A stretch of DNA of 64,000 nucleotides from the human T2T-CHM13v2.0 reference genome, Homo sapiens, in assembly GCF_009914755.1 (NCBI RefSeq), contig NC_060935.1. The stretch is one strand, 5' to 3'. The translations under genes were made by a program, and so were the position numbers. This document shows, piece by piece, positions 15,188-30,389 of this stretch. Each line of letters begins with the position of its first letter. The stretch's first letter is position 1. A model generated the notes under the pieces. The model made no database searches. It saw only the letters and a program-made list of their open reading frames with translations, and was not told where the DNA came from.

Positions 15188-15500
15188 CTTTTTTTTTTTT
15201 TTTTTTTTTTGAGACGGAGTTTCGCTCTTGTTGCCCAGGCTGGAGTGCAATGGCATGATCTTGGCTCACCGCAACCTCAGCCTCCCAAGTAGCTGGTATT
15301 CCCAAGCAATTCTCCTGCCTCAGCCTCCCAAGTAGCTGGGATTACAGGCATGCACCACCACGCCTGGCTAATTTTGTATTTTTAGTAGAGACAGGGTTTC
15401 TCCATGTTGAGGCTAGTCTCGAACTCCTGACCTCAGGTGATCCGCCCACCTCGGCCTCCCAAAGTGCTGGGATTACAGGCATGAGCCACCACGCCCAGCC
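15188..15500 (-). mobile_element. AluS (Sp/Sq-like) with a small internal duplication
   Basis: Long T tail; imperfect TSD GTGAATG(C/T)AC(A/T)CT; CCTCAGCCTCCCAAGTAGCTGG occurs twice. Confidence 0.95.
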
Positions 15501-15530
15501 GTGAATGTACTCTTTAGCTTAATCTTTTCT

Positions 15531-15951
<421 letters not shown>

Positions 15952-16589
15952 TGACCTAAGTCTGTAGTATCTGAGTTAGGAACAAGACCTAGTTTCCTCA
16001 CGCCTGGATGTGAGGTTTATCTTTACATGAGAGCAAGGGACGTTTATGTAATCCTCATTAGTGCGGATGGCTGTTCTGACTCCAACAGCCAGTGCATCAT
16101 TGCAAGAACAGTTGCTTTAATCTCTAAAGAAAACACCAAATAAAATGCATTTTTTTAAATCAAGGAAATAAGGTTCCGTCAATGCATATTGTCCAAGTGA
16201 CAAAGGATTTCAGACAGCTACGTAATTAGCCTCTAATAGCAATATACATGAGAATGCAATTTACTTTTCATCATTCTTGTTCGGGTCATGAATTGAAATC
16301 ACAGTAGGAGCACAAGGCTGTCAGGGATAAAGCAAAGGAAGAAAACAGGACTTGGCTGCTGGGAATATTCACACCCAGCCAAGAAAACATGCCAAATGAG
16401 GCTTAAAATGAACTTTTCCTGTGTGCATTTCACAAGTTCAGACCAAGAGGAAAAACAATTCTTCCCCTCCCCTACCCCCACTTTAATACTTTAACCATTG
16501 GGTGAAATATACCATAGTCACATGTATACTGTCTGATTGTGATCCTATACCCTGCACTAGGGGATCTGTCAAATATTCAGTGGACAAGT

Positions 16590-16750
16590 AGAAGAGAACT
16601 GAATTGGGAATCTGAAGACCAGAGACTTAGTTTTTGTTCTGTTACTGACCAGTGGTCGACCTTGGGAAAATTACAACCTCTCGGAGCTTCAGTTTTATCA
16701 TCTGTTAAATGAAGATAATACGTGACCTGCCTATCTCATCCAGCTATTAT
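16590..16750 (+). mobile_element. MIR
   Basis: Core GACCTTGGGAAAATTACAACCTCTCGGAGCTTCAGTTTTATCATCTGTTAAATG. Confidence 0.75.
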
Positions 16751-16759
16751 AAATCATGT

Positions 16760-18030
16760 TTTCTCTTCATAGTCAAGCCTCTAGAAAAATTGAGTAGTCA
16801 CAATCTTGACTTCTTGACCTTTCATTTACTCCCCAACCCAAAACTGACCCTCCACTGAAATGCTAAGACCACTGCTGTCAAATCTAACAAATTCTCAAAT
16901 GCTTTTCAACCTTTCAATTAATCTCAGATTCTTTTGACAGTGTTAAATGTCACTGTTTTAAAACTTCCACCGCGATTGACTTTCATAACAGCATCCTCTC
17001 CATTCTCCTCTTTAATAATAGTGTTCTCCATGGCTTTGTCCTTGGCCTTTATTTTTTTTCACTATCACCATCTCTTCCATTATCTCATCCAGGCTATGGT
17101 TTCAACTACTTACCGTGAGTTGATGCTCCTATTTATCTACAGGATCACCCCTCTCCTGAGGTCCATTCTGCTCTTGGAAATATCCTCCAGAACTCCTTAG
17201 AGCTCTGAAAATTCAAAAACTCTAAAACCAATTCATTTGGTTCATCCCTCCTGACCACACTTCAAACCACTTCTCTTCCTGTGTTCCCTTCACCCATCCA
17301 AAATCTGGGACTCAACCTTGACCTGTTTTCAAAATTCTATCTCCAAAATATTTCTCAAATGTGTCTCTTACCTACTATTGCCACTATCTTGGTCCAGATC
17401 TTTTTCATCTCTTGACAGCATTGCAAATGCCTATAAACTAACCTCCCTTCTCTAATGTCAGGTCCTTCTGTGGCATCCTCCACATGGGTGTCAATGTGGG
17501 CTTTCTAAGCAACAATTTATCTCTCTTCCCTACCTTTAGATCTTTAATGATTCCCACTACACACAGATAAAATCCTAACTTTTGAATATAAAACAGATGT
17601 CCCTTTATGTACTGGGTCCTTCCCACCTTGCCAGTATCAGTTCTTGGATCTCCTTCATTGTCACCTTATTTACAGCCACCCCCAAATCCTTGTCATCTCC
17701 ATTTGCTATATGAAAACTTGGTGATTTTGCACTGGGTTGCTCCTCTCTGGAATGTTTTCCCTTCTTTCCTGCTGATTGAAAAGATTATTCATCCATCAGG
17801 ACTCAGCTCCCATGTATCCTTTCTTATTAAACAGCCCCTGACCTTCCTCCTGCTCCCATCTTCCTTAGGTAATTTAATTTCCTTCACAATAGCTTGTGCA
17901 CACCTTTATTCTAACATGTCACCCCAGACTGCAGTTATCTCATTATCTGACCTTTTCTGAGGGTAGGAAAATCAAGTCTTGCCTGTATTTGTAATATAAC
18001 GTGCATCACAACAAGGCTTCAGTAATTTCT
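16760..18030 (+). mobile_element. L2 3' region (ancient)
   Basis: Long pyrimidine-rich stretch with L2-like motifs (CTATCTCCAAAATAT, GCCACTATCTTGGTCCAG, CTCAGCTCCCATGT). Boundaries approximate. Confidence 0.65.
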
Positions 18031-18980
18031 AGATCTGACCCCTGCCATTTGCTTCAAATGATCAAGCATTCACCTAATCTCCCGGGTTTATTCAACCTAT
18101 TATCTCCCTCCTAGATCCTCATCTCTCTGTCTAGCCTTCTTGAACCAATAATCCAATTGGATAATCTGCCCAGGTTTGATGTAGGTTAGTCCAAGGCAGC
18201 TGGCTGTGAATTCTCCTATTCAGCTCCATGTTCTGAGAGGGGGTTATGTCAGCTGGTCCCAGGTTCCTAGGAGGGCAGCCCAGGTACAGCACCATGAGCA
18301 CCCATCTGTCAGGTGTGAGAGACACGAGAGAGAGACAGAGAGACTGGGAAAATTGGACTCATTATCTCATTTTCTAATAGCAACATTTTAGAAAATAACT
18401 ATGTATTAAGAGGACAGGTACTCTACTGAAAAGCATCATTGCACTGCTGGAAGAATAGGAAACATTTATTGAATTGAAATAGCTGTAAGGAAAAAATAGC
18501 AAGATATGATTTAAGAAAAGAAATGAACAAAACTGCTCTCATCCTGCATTTCTGTTTTGTCTATTGTGATACAATTGAAGAAATGGGGATATTTGAAGTC
18601 GCATCAAACGCTCATCTATAATTCAGCTTTGCTAGAATGGAGCTGAAATGCACACGAAGGCAAGGGTCTAATTAAAACGCCAGACTATTTATTGTCTATT
18701 CTTAGCTTTGAAAGGCGATGAACGCTGTTACGGCATTGTGTAGACTATTGTGTTTAATGTGAAAGTCCAAAGGCCAAAAATTTAGATAGCTAACCAGGAA
18801 ATGGAATGGAATAAATTATAAGAACACATTCACTGTATGCTTCCAGTCAACTTAAGGTTCAAGAGTCTCCAAACAAATATGCTGAAATGAAATGTGTAAA
18901 TTTAAAACCATTGCATTTTCATTGTTAGAAACACAAACATAGGAGATTCTTTAGACTTTGTCCCTTAATAATAATATAGA

Positions 18981-19060
18981 ATTAAGCATAAATCAGGTTT
19001 GTCATGAACTCAAAGGGAATTTATCCTTTGAGTTCATGACAAACCTGATTTATGCTTAAT
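18981..19060. repeat. Perfect inverted repeat, 36-bp arms, 8-nt spacer
   Basis: 18981-19016 is the exact reverse complement of 19025-19060; spacer GAATTTAT. Confidence 0.98.
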
Positions 19061-19319
19061 ATAGTAATTACATCTAGATTATTGTCCTTCTGGATTACAG
19101 CTTTGAAGACTGCTGGAAAATGAAAATACTGACCAGTGATTTGCATCATAAGAAAAGGGTGGGTGTGACCATTTTCATTTTCAAATGAGAAGATCCTGAG
19201 ATAATACAAGTTCTCTACAGATTCCACGTTGAAGGCTGTTAACAGGACTTACTTTTCTGTCCTCTAGAATTAGGAATTGTGTTCGTTCCTTACAACAGGG
19301 CCTCCAACTTCTTTTATAT

Positions 19320-20148
19320 ATAGCACAGAGAGCACCTGGTGTCTAGAGTCACAAGGATCTGAACCTGAATGTTAGCACTGCATGTCACCCACAGGACGAT
19401 TGTGTTAACTGTGCCAAGTGTGGACTCCTCACCTCCAAGGGGTGCTATCTCCTAGTCGATGATATGATTGTACCCTCTGGAACTGGACAACATGCAGCCT
19501 TTGTGTGACTTGAATTGCTTATCCTCTCAAAGCCTCAGCTCCTTCAAGTGTAGAATAAGGGTGTTAATAATAACAGGGGCATTCAGAGTATCTACCTAGT
19601 TAAGTGATGGTGAAAATTAAGTGAGATAGTGTAACTGACCACAATCCCTGGTGGACTGAACAAAGGAAGATGAACGCGGGAATAAAAGACAAAGACAAAA
19701 GAGTATATTTGGAAGAAGGGGTAAAGGGGCACCTTGCCTCTAGTGGACAAGGGCCCTGAGCTTTTTCAGCCTTCCAAATTTATTAGGTAAAAGAGATAAC
19801 GAGAAAGGGGAGGTGATTGTCAGGTAATTGTCACTCGGCCATTTGGTTCACAGCAGGCTTGTGAGACTGCATCCTTCAAACAATAGGCACTACATTTCCC
19901 ATTAGATAACTTCAAGAAGCCCGGCGCCAGGGAGTGATGGCCCTCAGCAAACCTTCTGGCGGCAGGTGCAGTGTGACTTTGTTCACATCCTGCATTCATG
20001 ATAAACAGTTTGCTGTTTGATCATATAGCTGCCAGTGGAATGCTGAGTTGGTCATGATCCCTTTGCTGGCTCTCTACAAGATAATGCATAAAAATATTTA
20101 GCATAGAACATGGCACAGAGGAAGTGCTTGCTAAACGTTAACAATTAT
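19320..20148 (+). mobile_element. MIR, interrupted by a probable MER91-like hAT relic (~19390-19500) and by LTR3
   Basis: GCCTCAGCTCCTTCAAGTGTAGAATAAGG...AATTAAGTGAGATA[LTR]ATGCATAAAATATTTAGCATAG is continuous MIR sequence once the LTR is removed. Confidence 0.65.
19630..20078 (-). mobile_element. Solo LTR3 (HERV-K HML-6 LTR, LTR3B-like)
   Basis: Minus strand TGTAGAGAG...GACCAACTCAGCATTCCACTGG...CAGTTACA. 6-bp TSD AGATAG/AGATAA, the length typical of betaretroviruses. Confidence 0.85.
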
Positions 20149-20149
20149 G

Positions 20150-20476
<327 letters not shown>

Positions 20477-22149
20477 TTAGTCTCAAACCGAGCCTTCTAA
20501 ACCAAAACAGCATTGCAGCTTTTGTGCTTCTGCTGGCCACCATAATATTTATGTGCCCAGAGTATAGTATTTAAATTTGTTGTGTTGGAATTTTCCTTTG
20601 TCATATCATCATGTTAATAAACTTTGATAGCAATATGGGCTATAAATTTATAGGATTTATTTTATCTGGGTGAGAATAAGAGGTGAGGAGAAAAAGAAGA
20701 ATAAAAGTCTTTCTAGAGATGTAGAGTCATCTTATTTTGGAAGGTTAAGATTAGATTAGTCTTAATTCACATTTTCACTGGGTGTTCACTTTGGACCATT
20801 TCTTTTACATAACGTACATTATTTCAAGTGTTTGATGTGTGTCTAGAGGGAGCTCATTTAAAACTATAAAGTTAAGACACTGATTGTCTAAGTATGAAGA
20901 AAAGTGGAAGCAAAGACTTAGCATGAGACAAATGAGGTAATGATTAAATTGGACTCCACACTGACACAGCTCATTCTGCTGAAGTTTCATAACAGATTTC
21001 CAGTTGGGTTCTTAGAAAAACTTTCTCTCTTAACTTCAGCCACTTAGGGAAATTGATTTGTGGGGTTCTGCCCCACCTCGTGAAAAAGCAGAATTATTTG
21101 AATGAAAATATGAACTTGTACTCAGAGTTCTATGGCAGGTGAGGAAGATTTTGTTAAATAACTTGATATTCTATGATTCTTTATAATGATAAAATGCTGC
21201 TTTATTAAGAATAAAACCACCTCTTTGTGAGACCACTGATAGAAGTGGGAACTCTTCAGTTCACTTACTGTGATGCACCTACTTATTTTCTGCCCTATCC
21301 GCTCCTCCATTCCACTTGTTTTACTTTATCATTTTCCCCAGTATAATAGAAAAGGCATCTAAATTAAAGGACTCTCAGTTTCAAAATAGAGAACTGGGCA
21401 CATACTGCAAACTCCTTATATCCTCCACCAAAATAATGTATATGTGCATATCCATGCATGTCAAATGTCTACACACTTACACACCCTAAAGTAATGTGTA
21501 TAATGAGGACACGCATAGCCATGCTGAGAAATTCTAGGCAGACCAGAAACTGTGGCCAATACCCGAGAGACTAAAAGTAGAGACTGGACTTATGAGAAAA
21601 CAGTGTCTGGAATACACCTGGGATTCGTGTGAGAGTCCACCTGAGGGTCTGCCAAAGTGTGTGGGACCCCAAGCAAGGGAAAGTCAGAGCCAGAGATGAT
21701 GAGACCTGAACAACGAGAATGCCACAGTGCACATGCAGGGAGACTAGCTGAGTTTCACAGAGAGGGTTTTCAAGTCTGCCACTCACTCTTCTCTCTTGCT
21801 TGAACACTTCTAGACCAAATATCATCCTCTCTCCTCAGTTTCCTACTGTTAGGCACACACTGACATTCACAACTCCTCTCCACCAAAGAGCACTCCTCCT
21901 CCAAATTGCAGTTCCAGGCCCATCTTCTCCAAGTTTACATGTATAAATCTCTGGCTGGTCAGGATCATCACCAATCCATACCTGCACCTTCCATCTGCCC
22001 ACTCTTTCTTCATCTCTCCAAGAGTATTACTATCCCCCAATCTTTTCTTTGGGAGAAAATATAATAGATTTTTTAGCTTGTAAACTCTCCTTTAGTATAC
22101 AATCAATGTCGTCAGCTGTACTATATACCACAAAATACAATACTTACAA

Positions 22150-22350
22150 TAATAATACCATTGTATTAGAATATAATTTTCTAAGCACTTTGTTCTACGA
22201 TATGTATTATACACACACCACCTTGATTGAGCACCATATAACGTAAGTATTATTATCTCCAGTTCACACATGAGGAAATTGAGGCTCAGAGAGGTGTGCT
22301 TTCCCAGATCTTATAGCTCGTCAAAGCTTGTGTGCTTAACGCTACATGAA
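22150..22350 (-). mobile_element. MIR
   Basis: ATTATCTCCAGTTCACACATGAGGAAATTGAGGCTCAGAGAGG. Confidence 0.75.
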
Positions 22351-23299
22351 ACTGGTGATTGCACCCTCAAAGCCATTTTTCAGAATTTTTAAAATTTCAT
22401 TTTAAAATTCTAATTTTAGAATTTCATATTGTGGTTCTATTTTATCCCATTTTTAGAATTTCCTATTACAGTTTCTATCAATATATATTAAATAGGAGGA
22501 AACATTAATGCAAATTATAACTGACAACATGTAACATTTTAAGCATTATTGGTCACCCCAAATATTCTATTTGTTCTCTTTCATGTAGTTACCACTTGGT
22601 ACCCACTTACTTGTAAGGCTGACCAAATCACATAGATGGGAGGTAAAAAGAGCATCCTGCAGCTTTCACTCCACATGGAGTGTTTTCTTATTTGGGCTCT
22701 GCCTTCCTGGCATTAGTAGGTGCTGTTTTCATTCTCTGGTTTCTTCTGGTGGTGACCCCAGTGGGTATTAATCTTTAGAGAGAACCAACCAAACCAAAAT
22801 TTACTCCAGGAATTTTCTAACAGAGTTAGTGAGAATGACTCTACTAGCATTTTTATCTTATACTTAATATTTTAAAAATCATTGAACATACACTTCCTAA
22901 CATCCCAAATAAAAATGTCTGCCACCCTATTGAAATGATGACTCATGTGGCCCGTCTCTGTACCACACTGAGTTTGGCAAACACCACTCAATGGTCACTG
23001 TCTCTGATTCACCCTGTACATAAAGCTCAGTTCTTTAGATCCTAAGAAACTTTAGGCTGGAAACATCTCTCTGATGCTAAATCCTGTTCATCTGTGAACT
23101 TTGTCTAACCATAATGTAAAGTGATTTTCTTCAGTCTCTGACACATTACTTTCCATTTCTGGAAAACAGCCTATAGGTGATTCTAAAATTCAGTCTATCT
23201 GGCCATCACCATGTCCCCATGGGACCCAGTTCTGGCATGAGGGATTGGTCAGCCAAGGTCTGAGTTATCCAGATCTGGCTTTGGCTTCCTCTGAGGATT

Positions 23300-23780
23300 T
23301 GCAGAGGTCTAACCGCTTGAGAAACTGGGGATCTGTGGAACTGCAGTAAAACATAATTTTCATTGCACTATGTTGCAAAAGATTCCTTCAGAGTTTCTAA
23401 ATTTAGTGAAGTTGCATAGCACCATATAAGTTTAGTTCTGCAGCTGGCACATCCACTCCCCATGAGACATCATTTACAACTCAGATTTCAGCACATCCAC
23501 CAGGACATGTCTGGTGTTATCCCAGCTGCTATTGGAGCTTCTCTCCTTGCCACTATTATTGTAAAGTCTGGTAATAACGTACTCTTGACTCCAGTGACAA
23601 AGCAATGGTTTTATTCTAAAATTTCAGCTGAAAGCTGTGCTTTCCGTCCACAATTTTAGACAAATCCTCCAGGTGTAACCCTATTGAAGCTGTCATCTTT
23701 ATGGTTCCTTCTCTGCACAGCATCATAAATTTAGCAAAGTTCATCAGAATGTTAACTGTTTTAAGACTCAACAGAGTCTT
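23300..23780 (-). mobile_element. Probable CR1/L3-type LINE reverse-transcriptase fossil
   Basis: Minus-strand translation AKF...LEDLSKIVDGKHSFQLKF resembles the CR1 RT C-terminal pattern (KFADD...LQxDLxxLxxWxxxWxMxFN), followed by traces like GVLVD and YCVQFWSP. Confidence 0.45.
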
Positions 23781-24410
23781 AAGAAAGGAGTTGCATGTTC
23801 TACTTTCATCTTTCAAAGGATGTAAAGAGGTTCTGATGCATAACCCCCATGAACACATCTTGAATCTCCTTTCCTCTCCTATTCAGCTTTCTCCCACACC
23901 CTCTTGTGCTTCTTATTCACCAACTCAAACCCCAAAGGGGGAGAAAAGCCCTCAAATTGATCCACTCCATTCTGGGAAACTTTTGACTTTTCCTATCTCC
24001 CTCATTTCTCCCAATCTATAACCTCCTCCTTCAGCATCTCTGGACACATCCTTTTCTGTGCATCTTCCAATTATATGTGACCAAAACACAGGAACTAGTT
24101 TGGCAGTAACATAAGGCAGGGGAAAGTCTGGCAAGCAAGATAACATTTTCTCATGTGGGCTGGGGGAAAGAGTCTATTAATACCACATTAATAATTTTAT
24201 TCCATTATTTGTCTTTTAACTGGTGAAAGATGAAAAATTTAGCTGGTTCATTCCCTCCCTTTTCCATCCTCCCTCTCCACATTTCACAATTTTTCTTTTA
24301 AATATCTCAGATATTAATCTATATTATTTTATGTATTTTCTAGTTAGAGAATATTTAAGTCATAAGAGTTTCAAAGCCAAAACAGTTACTTAGACATAAA
24401 CTTTCAGTGA

Positions 24411-24851
<441 letters not shown>

Positions 24852-25559
24852 TGAAGTAGTTAAAAGCTGTGCATGTGTGAAAATTATTTGTGAAGTCTTC
24901 TTTGAGTTCAGAAATTATTAAGTCAATAATTTTCCCTCAAAAATCTGCAGCCATTGTTTCCATTTTCTAACTGTTAATATTGTGGAGAAATCAGATGCCT
25001 ACATGATTTTTCTTCTTGTGTTGATAACATACTTTCCTCAGGATGGATATGAGACTTTTTTTCTTCTTAAAATTTGAAATTCAACAGTGTCAACTATGAG
25101 CTAATACTCATTAATTTTACCTCAAATGCGGCGAGCTGCTTTGACCTGATAATCTATCCTCAGTTCAGGGAGCCTGTGTCACTATTTAACTGATTGTTCC
25201 TTCTCCTCCATCTGCCTCAGTCTTTTCTTCTGGAATTTCTAACCTGTAATTCCATATTGATTTTCTTTTCATCATTCTTACCCATATTACTCTAAGTTGT
25301 GGGAGCATTTCTGGAGCTTGTCTGGATTTGCTGGGGTTTGGGTTTTCTGAAGTATCCAGAATGATGTTCACACCCAAAAAGATGATGGCATCTGTGGCAG
25401 ACTCTGTCCGTTGATGAACACAACCCCGTTCCAAACTCCTTCACTCTCACCCAACTCCACCAGAGAGGCTTTCCCAACCTCCCTTACAGCTAGTGGTTGT
25501 GGCCTCGTGACACCACCCTGATAAGTAAGATGCAAACACACAGAGGTCTCGGTAGGGTA

Positions 25560-25850
25560 GGGGGTGGTTCTAGAAAACTTGAACTTTCTTGACAAAAGCA
25601 CATACGTGATTGACACCAACTCTTCCCACTTATTCCTGCTTTTGATGAAGACCTGATGCCTGGAAAGGCAGAAAACATTTTGTGATCAAGACGGAAGGCT
25701 AAAAGAATCGCAGAGAGGCTGGCCTTACCATAATGCAGTCAGCATACCAACACAAACAGTTGCCTATACTTCTTGTTATGTTAGATAATTAAAAATCTTT
25801 ATTTCACTCTTAGGTAGTCTTCTGCTTGCAACTGAAAGCATTCCAACCAT
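25560..25850 (+). mobile_element. Old MaLR LTR fragment (MLT1I-L-like)
   Basis: 3' end CTTCTTGTTATGTTAGATAAT...TCTGCTTGCAACTGAAAGCATTCC. Confidence 0.55.
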
Positions 25851-26259
25851 TTTAGTGTTTCTCCCTTAAGAAGAGAAAACATAATTCTACATCTTATGAA
25901 ATCTGATACGCTCTTCTCTTCACTTTGAACCACTGGCTGTGGGGATGATGGGCTCATGGTATCAGTAATAACACAGATTTCACTGGAACTTTCCACAGCA
26001 GGGTCATGCAGGACTTTGCTCCCACAAAGTCTCACCTGGTTATATCTCAGATACTCATAGTCGATCCTGTCACCTCTACTACTCTTGTTCCTGGGTTCAT
26101 GTCCACTACCTGTGAAGCCACAGAGTGTTTCACCATTGCTACAGTATGGGTGCCTTCCATAAGAATACTGATATCCATTCCAAGGAAATTTCTTCTCATC
26201 TCCTAAATCTGCCAGCTCTGAAGGTGTTAGATTGTTCTTCACAGAAAAGGGAAAGATAA

Positions 26260-26480
26260 CAGTAGTAACTACAAGTTACTGAGCACTTACTATGATCAAG
26301 CTTTAATGATTTACAGGGTACCCTGTTTGTATCCCACATCAATCCTAGTGATATACGTTACTTTCATTTTAAAAAATAGGCTAAGTGACTTGTCCACAAT
26401 CACAAAGCTAGTCATAAAATCTAAAATCAAATTTAAATTTGACTTCACCACCTCTAGCTTCTTCGCACTGCTGCACTGTT
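26260..26480 (-). mobile_element. MIR
   Basis: TTACTGAGCACTTACTATG...GGCTAAGTGACTTGTCCACAATCACAAAGCTAGT. Confidence 0.7.
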
Positions 26481-27124
26481 ACCCAGGAATTTAAGGAAAA
26501 TGAAATGTTAAATTGGGAGTTTCCACTGAGGCTCCATCATAAAATAGATAAAACTCTAAAGTAAAGTACGAGTTGTGTACTTTGAAAGAAAGTTAGACAA
26601 CTCTAAGGACACATCAAGGATATAAAAGAATCAAGGCAGTGGAAAGTCAGAGAGGATTCGTAAAAATATTTATTTGGAGAAAGCCACTGAGTGCTGTGAG
26701 AACCACCCGTTCCCCAAACGGAAAGGGCAAAAGCCCAACTCTACCTCTTTCACCTCTAGCCTGTAGAGAACTTTCAGTGAGACCAGCAGGGAACCTCCAG
26801 AGTGCCATGAGAACAGCCACAGGATGGTCCACTTTCAACATCTGCTGGACCCAGAGAGACTAAGGTCATCTGAAGACCTATTCAATGACACTCTCTCGCC
26901 TCTTTTCTGCATTTCCACTCCAAGTTGTAATTCCCTCTGGAGCAGTCAGAAATATGGGTAGCTAGTGGAAAGAGGTAGGGCAATGAAAAAGAAAAAAGTC
27001 AACCACACCCTCTTCCAGAGAGGGTAGGGAACTGCCCACTATAGGCTCTAACCGAAGAATTGGAAGGGAACAGAAGTATTTACCTCGGAATGAAGCATTT
27101 CCTAATATATTGGACTGAACATTT

Positions 27125-28997
<1,873 letters not shown>

Positions 28998-29529
28998 GAC
29001 TGAACATTTTATTAATCACTTACTGAATCACGGCAACTTAGAGTTACCCACTATTAGGTAACAGTAATAGTAATCAGAAAAGCTATGAGCTGCCAAGTTT
29101 CATCCAGGGCATGGGAAAAGATTTCCTTCATTGCATAATTTTAAGAAACCAACATAGACAAAATAAATTGCATTCAGCTGTGTTATCAGCATATCAAGAA
29201 ACAACATATTGGTGTCTACATCTCCTTCTGAACCCCTAGGAAAAAAAACCCAGATTTTTCAGCTTTTACCCAGGACTTCATTCCTCTACGGAGTTTAAAC
29301 AAAGTCTATGGGAACCAAGACAGCCTGCAGCCCTTTCCATACTTCATCTGTAACTCATTCACCCCCTAATAATCCCTCAGTGTATAACCAAAACCTCAAA
29401 ACCCTCAGGCAATTAATAGATACAGATTGATATTCCATGGGCCTTCTTACCCATTCAGCAAATGCACATGGTCATGTTGTAATCTCTGATGTCTCAGGGT
29501 AACATCCCTGCTACACTAGCAGTTAATCC

Positions 29530-29760
29530 AGTTGTTCACTACAGGGACAGTACCACCCTCTAGGGGAAATTCTGGAAATGTGTGGGGGCAGTCTAATAGT
29601 GTAGTTGTGCCCGAGAATTAGACTATTGAAGAATATTATCTTTTCTTCTCTTGTATGTTACAGTGAGGGCATTATATTGACTCTTTGAATTATATCTGTA
29701 AGTAGGTTATATTATCAATGACTTTCATCCAGTTTAAAAATATGACATTTAAAAATATCT
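29530..29760 (+). mobile_element. hAT-Charlie relic (MER20B-like)
   Basis: CAGTTGTTCACTACAGGG...CCCTCTAGGGGAAATTCTGGAAATGTGTGGGGGC resembles a Charlie terminal region. Confidence 0.4.
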
Positions 29761-29763
29761 CTT

Positions 29764-30048
29764 GCCCAGGCATGGTGGCTCATGGCTGTGATGCTAGCAC
29801 TTTGGGAGGCCAAGGCAGGAAGATGGCTTGAGCTCAAGAGTTCTAGGCCAGCCTGGGCAACATAGAGAGACCCCTATCTCTACCAAAAAAAAAAAAAAAT
29901 AGCCGGGTATGGTGGTGTGCACCTGTAGTACCAGCTACTTGGGAGGCTGAGATGGGAGGATTGCTTGAGCCAGGAGATCAAGGCTGCAGTGAGCCATGAT
30001 CGTGCCATTACACTCCACCCTGGATACAGAGTGAAACTGTTTCAAAAA
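29764..30048 (+). mobile_element. AluJ
   Basis: GGGAGGATTGCTTGAGCC and GGCTGCAGTGAGCCATGAT diagnostics. Confidence 0.93.
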
Positions 30049-30282
30049 ATATATATATATATACATGTGTATATATATATATGTATATATATACATGTGT
30101 GTATATATATGTATATATACGTGTGTGTATATATGTATATATACGTGTGTGTATATGTGTATATATACGTGTGTGTATATGTGTATATATATACGTGTGT
30201 GTATATATGTATATATATACGTGTGTGTATATATGTATATATACATGTGTGTGTATATATGTATATATATACATATATATGT
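30049..30282. repeat. Compound (TA/TG/CA)n microsatellite with ~22-24 bp higher-order unit
   Basis: Uninterrupted purine/pyrimidine alternation; recurring TATATACGTGTGTGTATA. Confidence 0.97.
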
Positions 30283-30389
30283 CTTATTAAAATGAGAATT
30301 AAGCATATGATTAATAACAACCAAATTCACACTACTTTATGTTGTGTACTCAATCTCATTTTCTCTGGTTTGTATATGCATTTTGCAAA

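Noticed and set aside
23761-23782. Hairpin TTAAGACTC-aaca-GAGTCTTAA
   Set aside because: 9-bp arms are within chance expectation for 64 kb.
25799-26242. 147-aa minus-strand ORF
   Set aside because: GTG start, runs into an MLT1 fragment, no recognisable homology or splice context.
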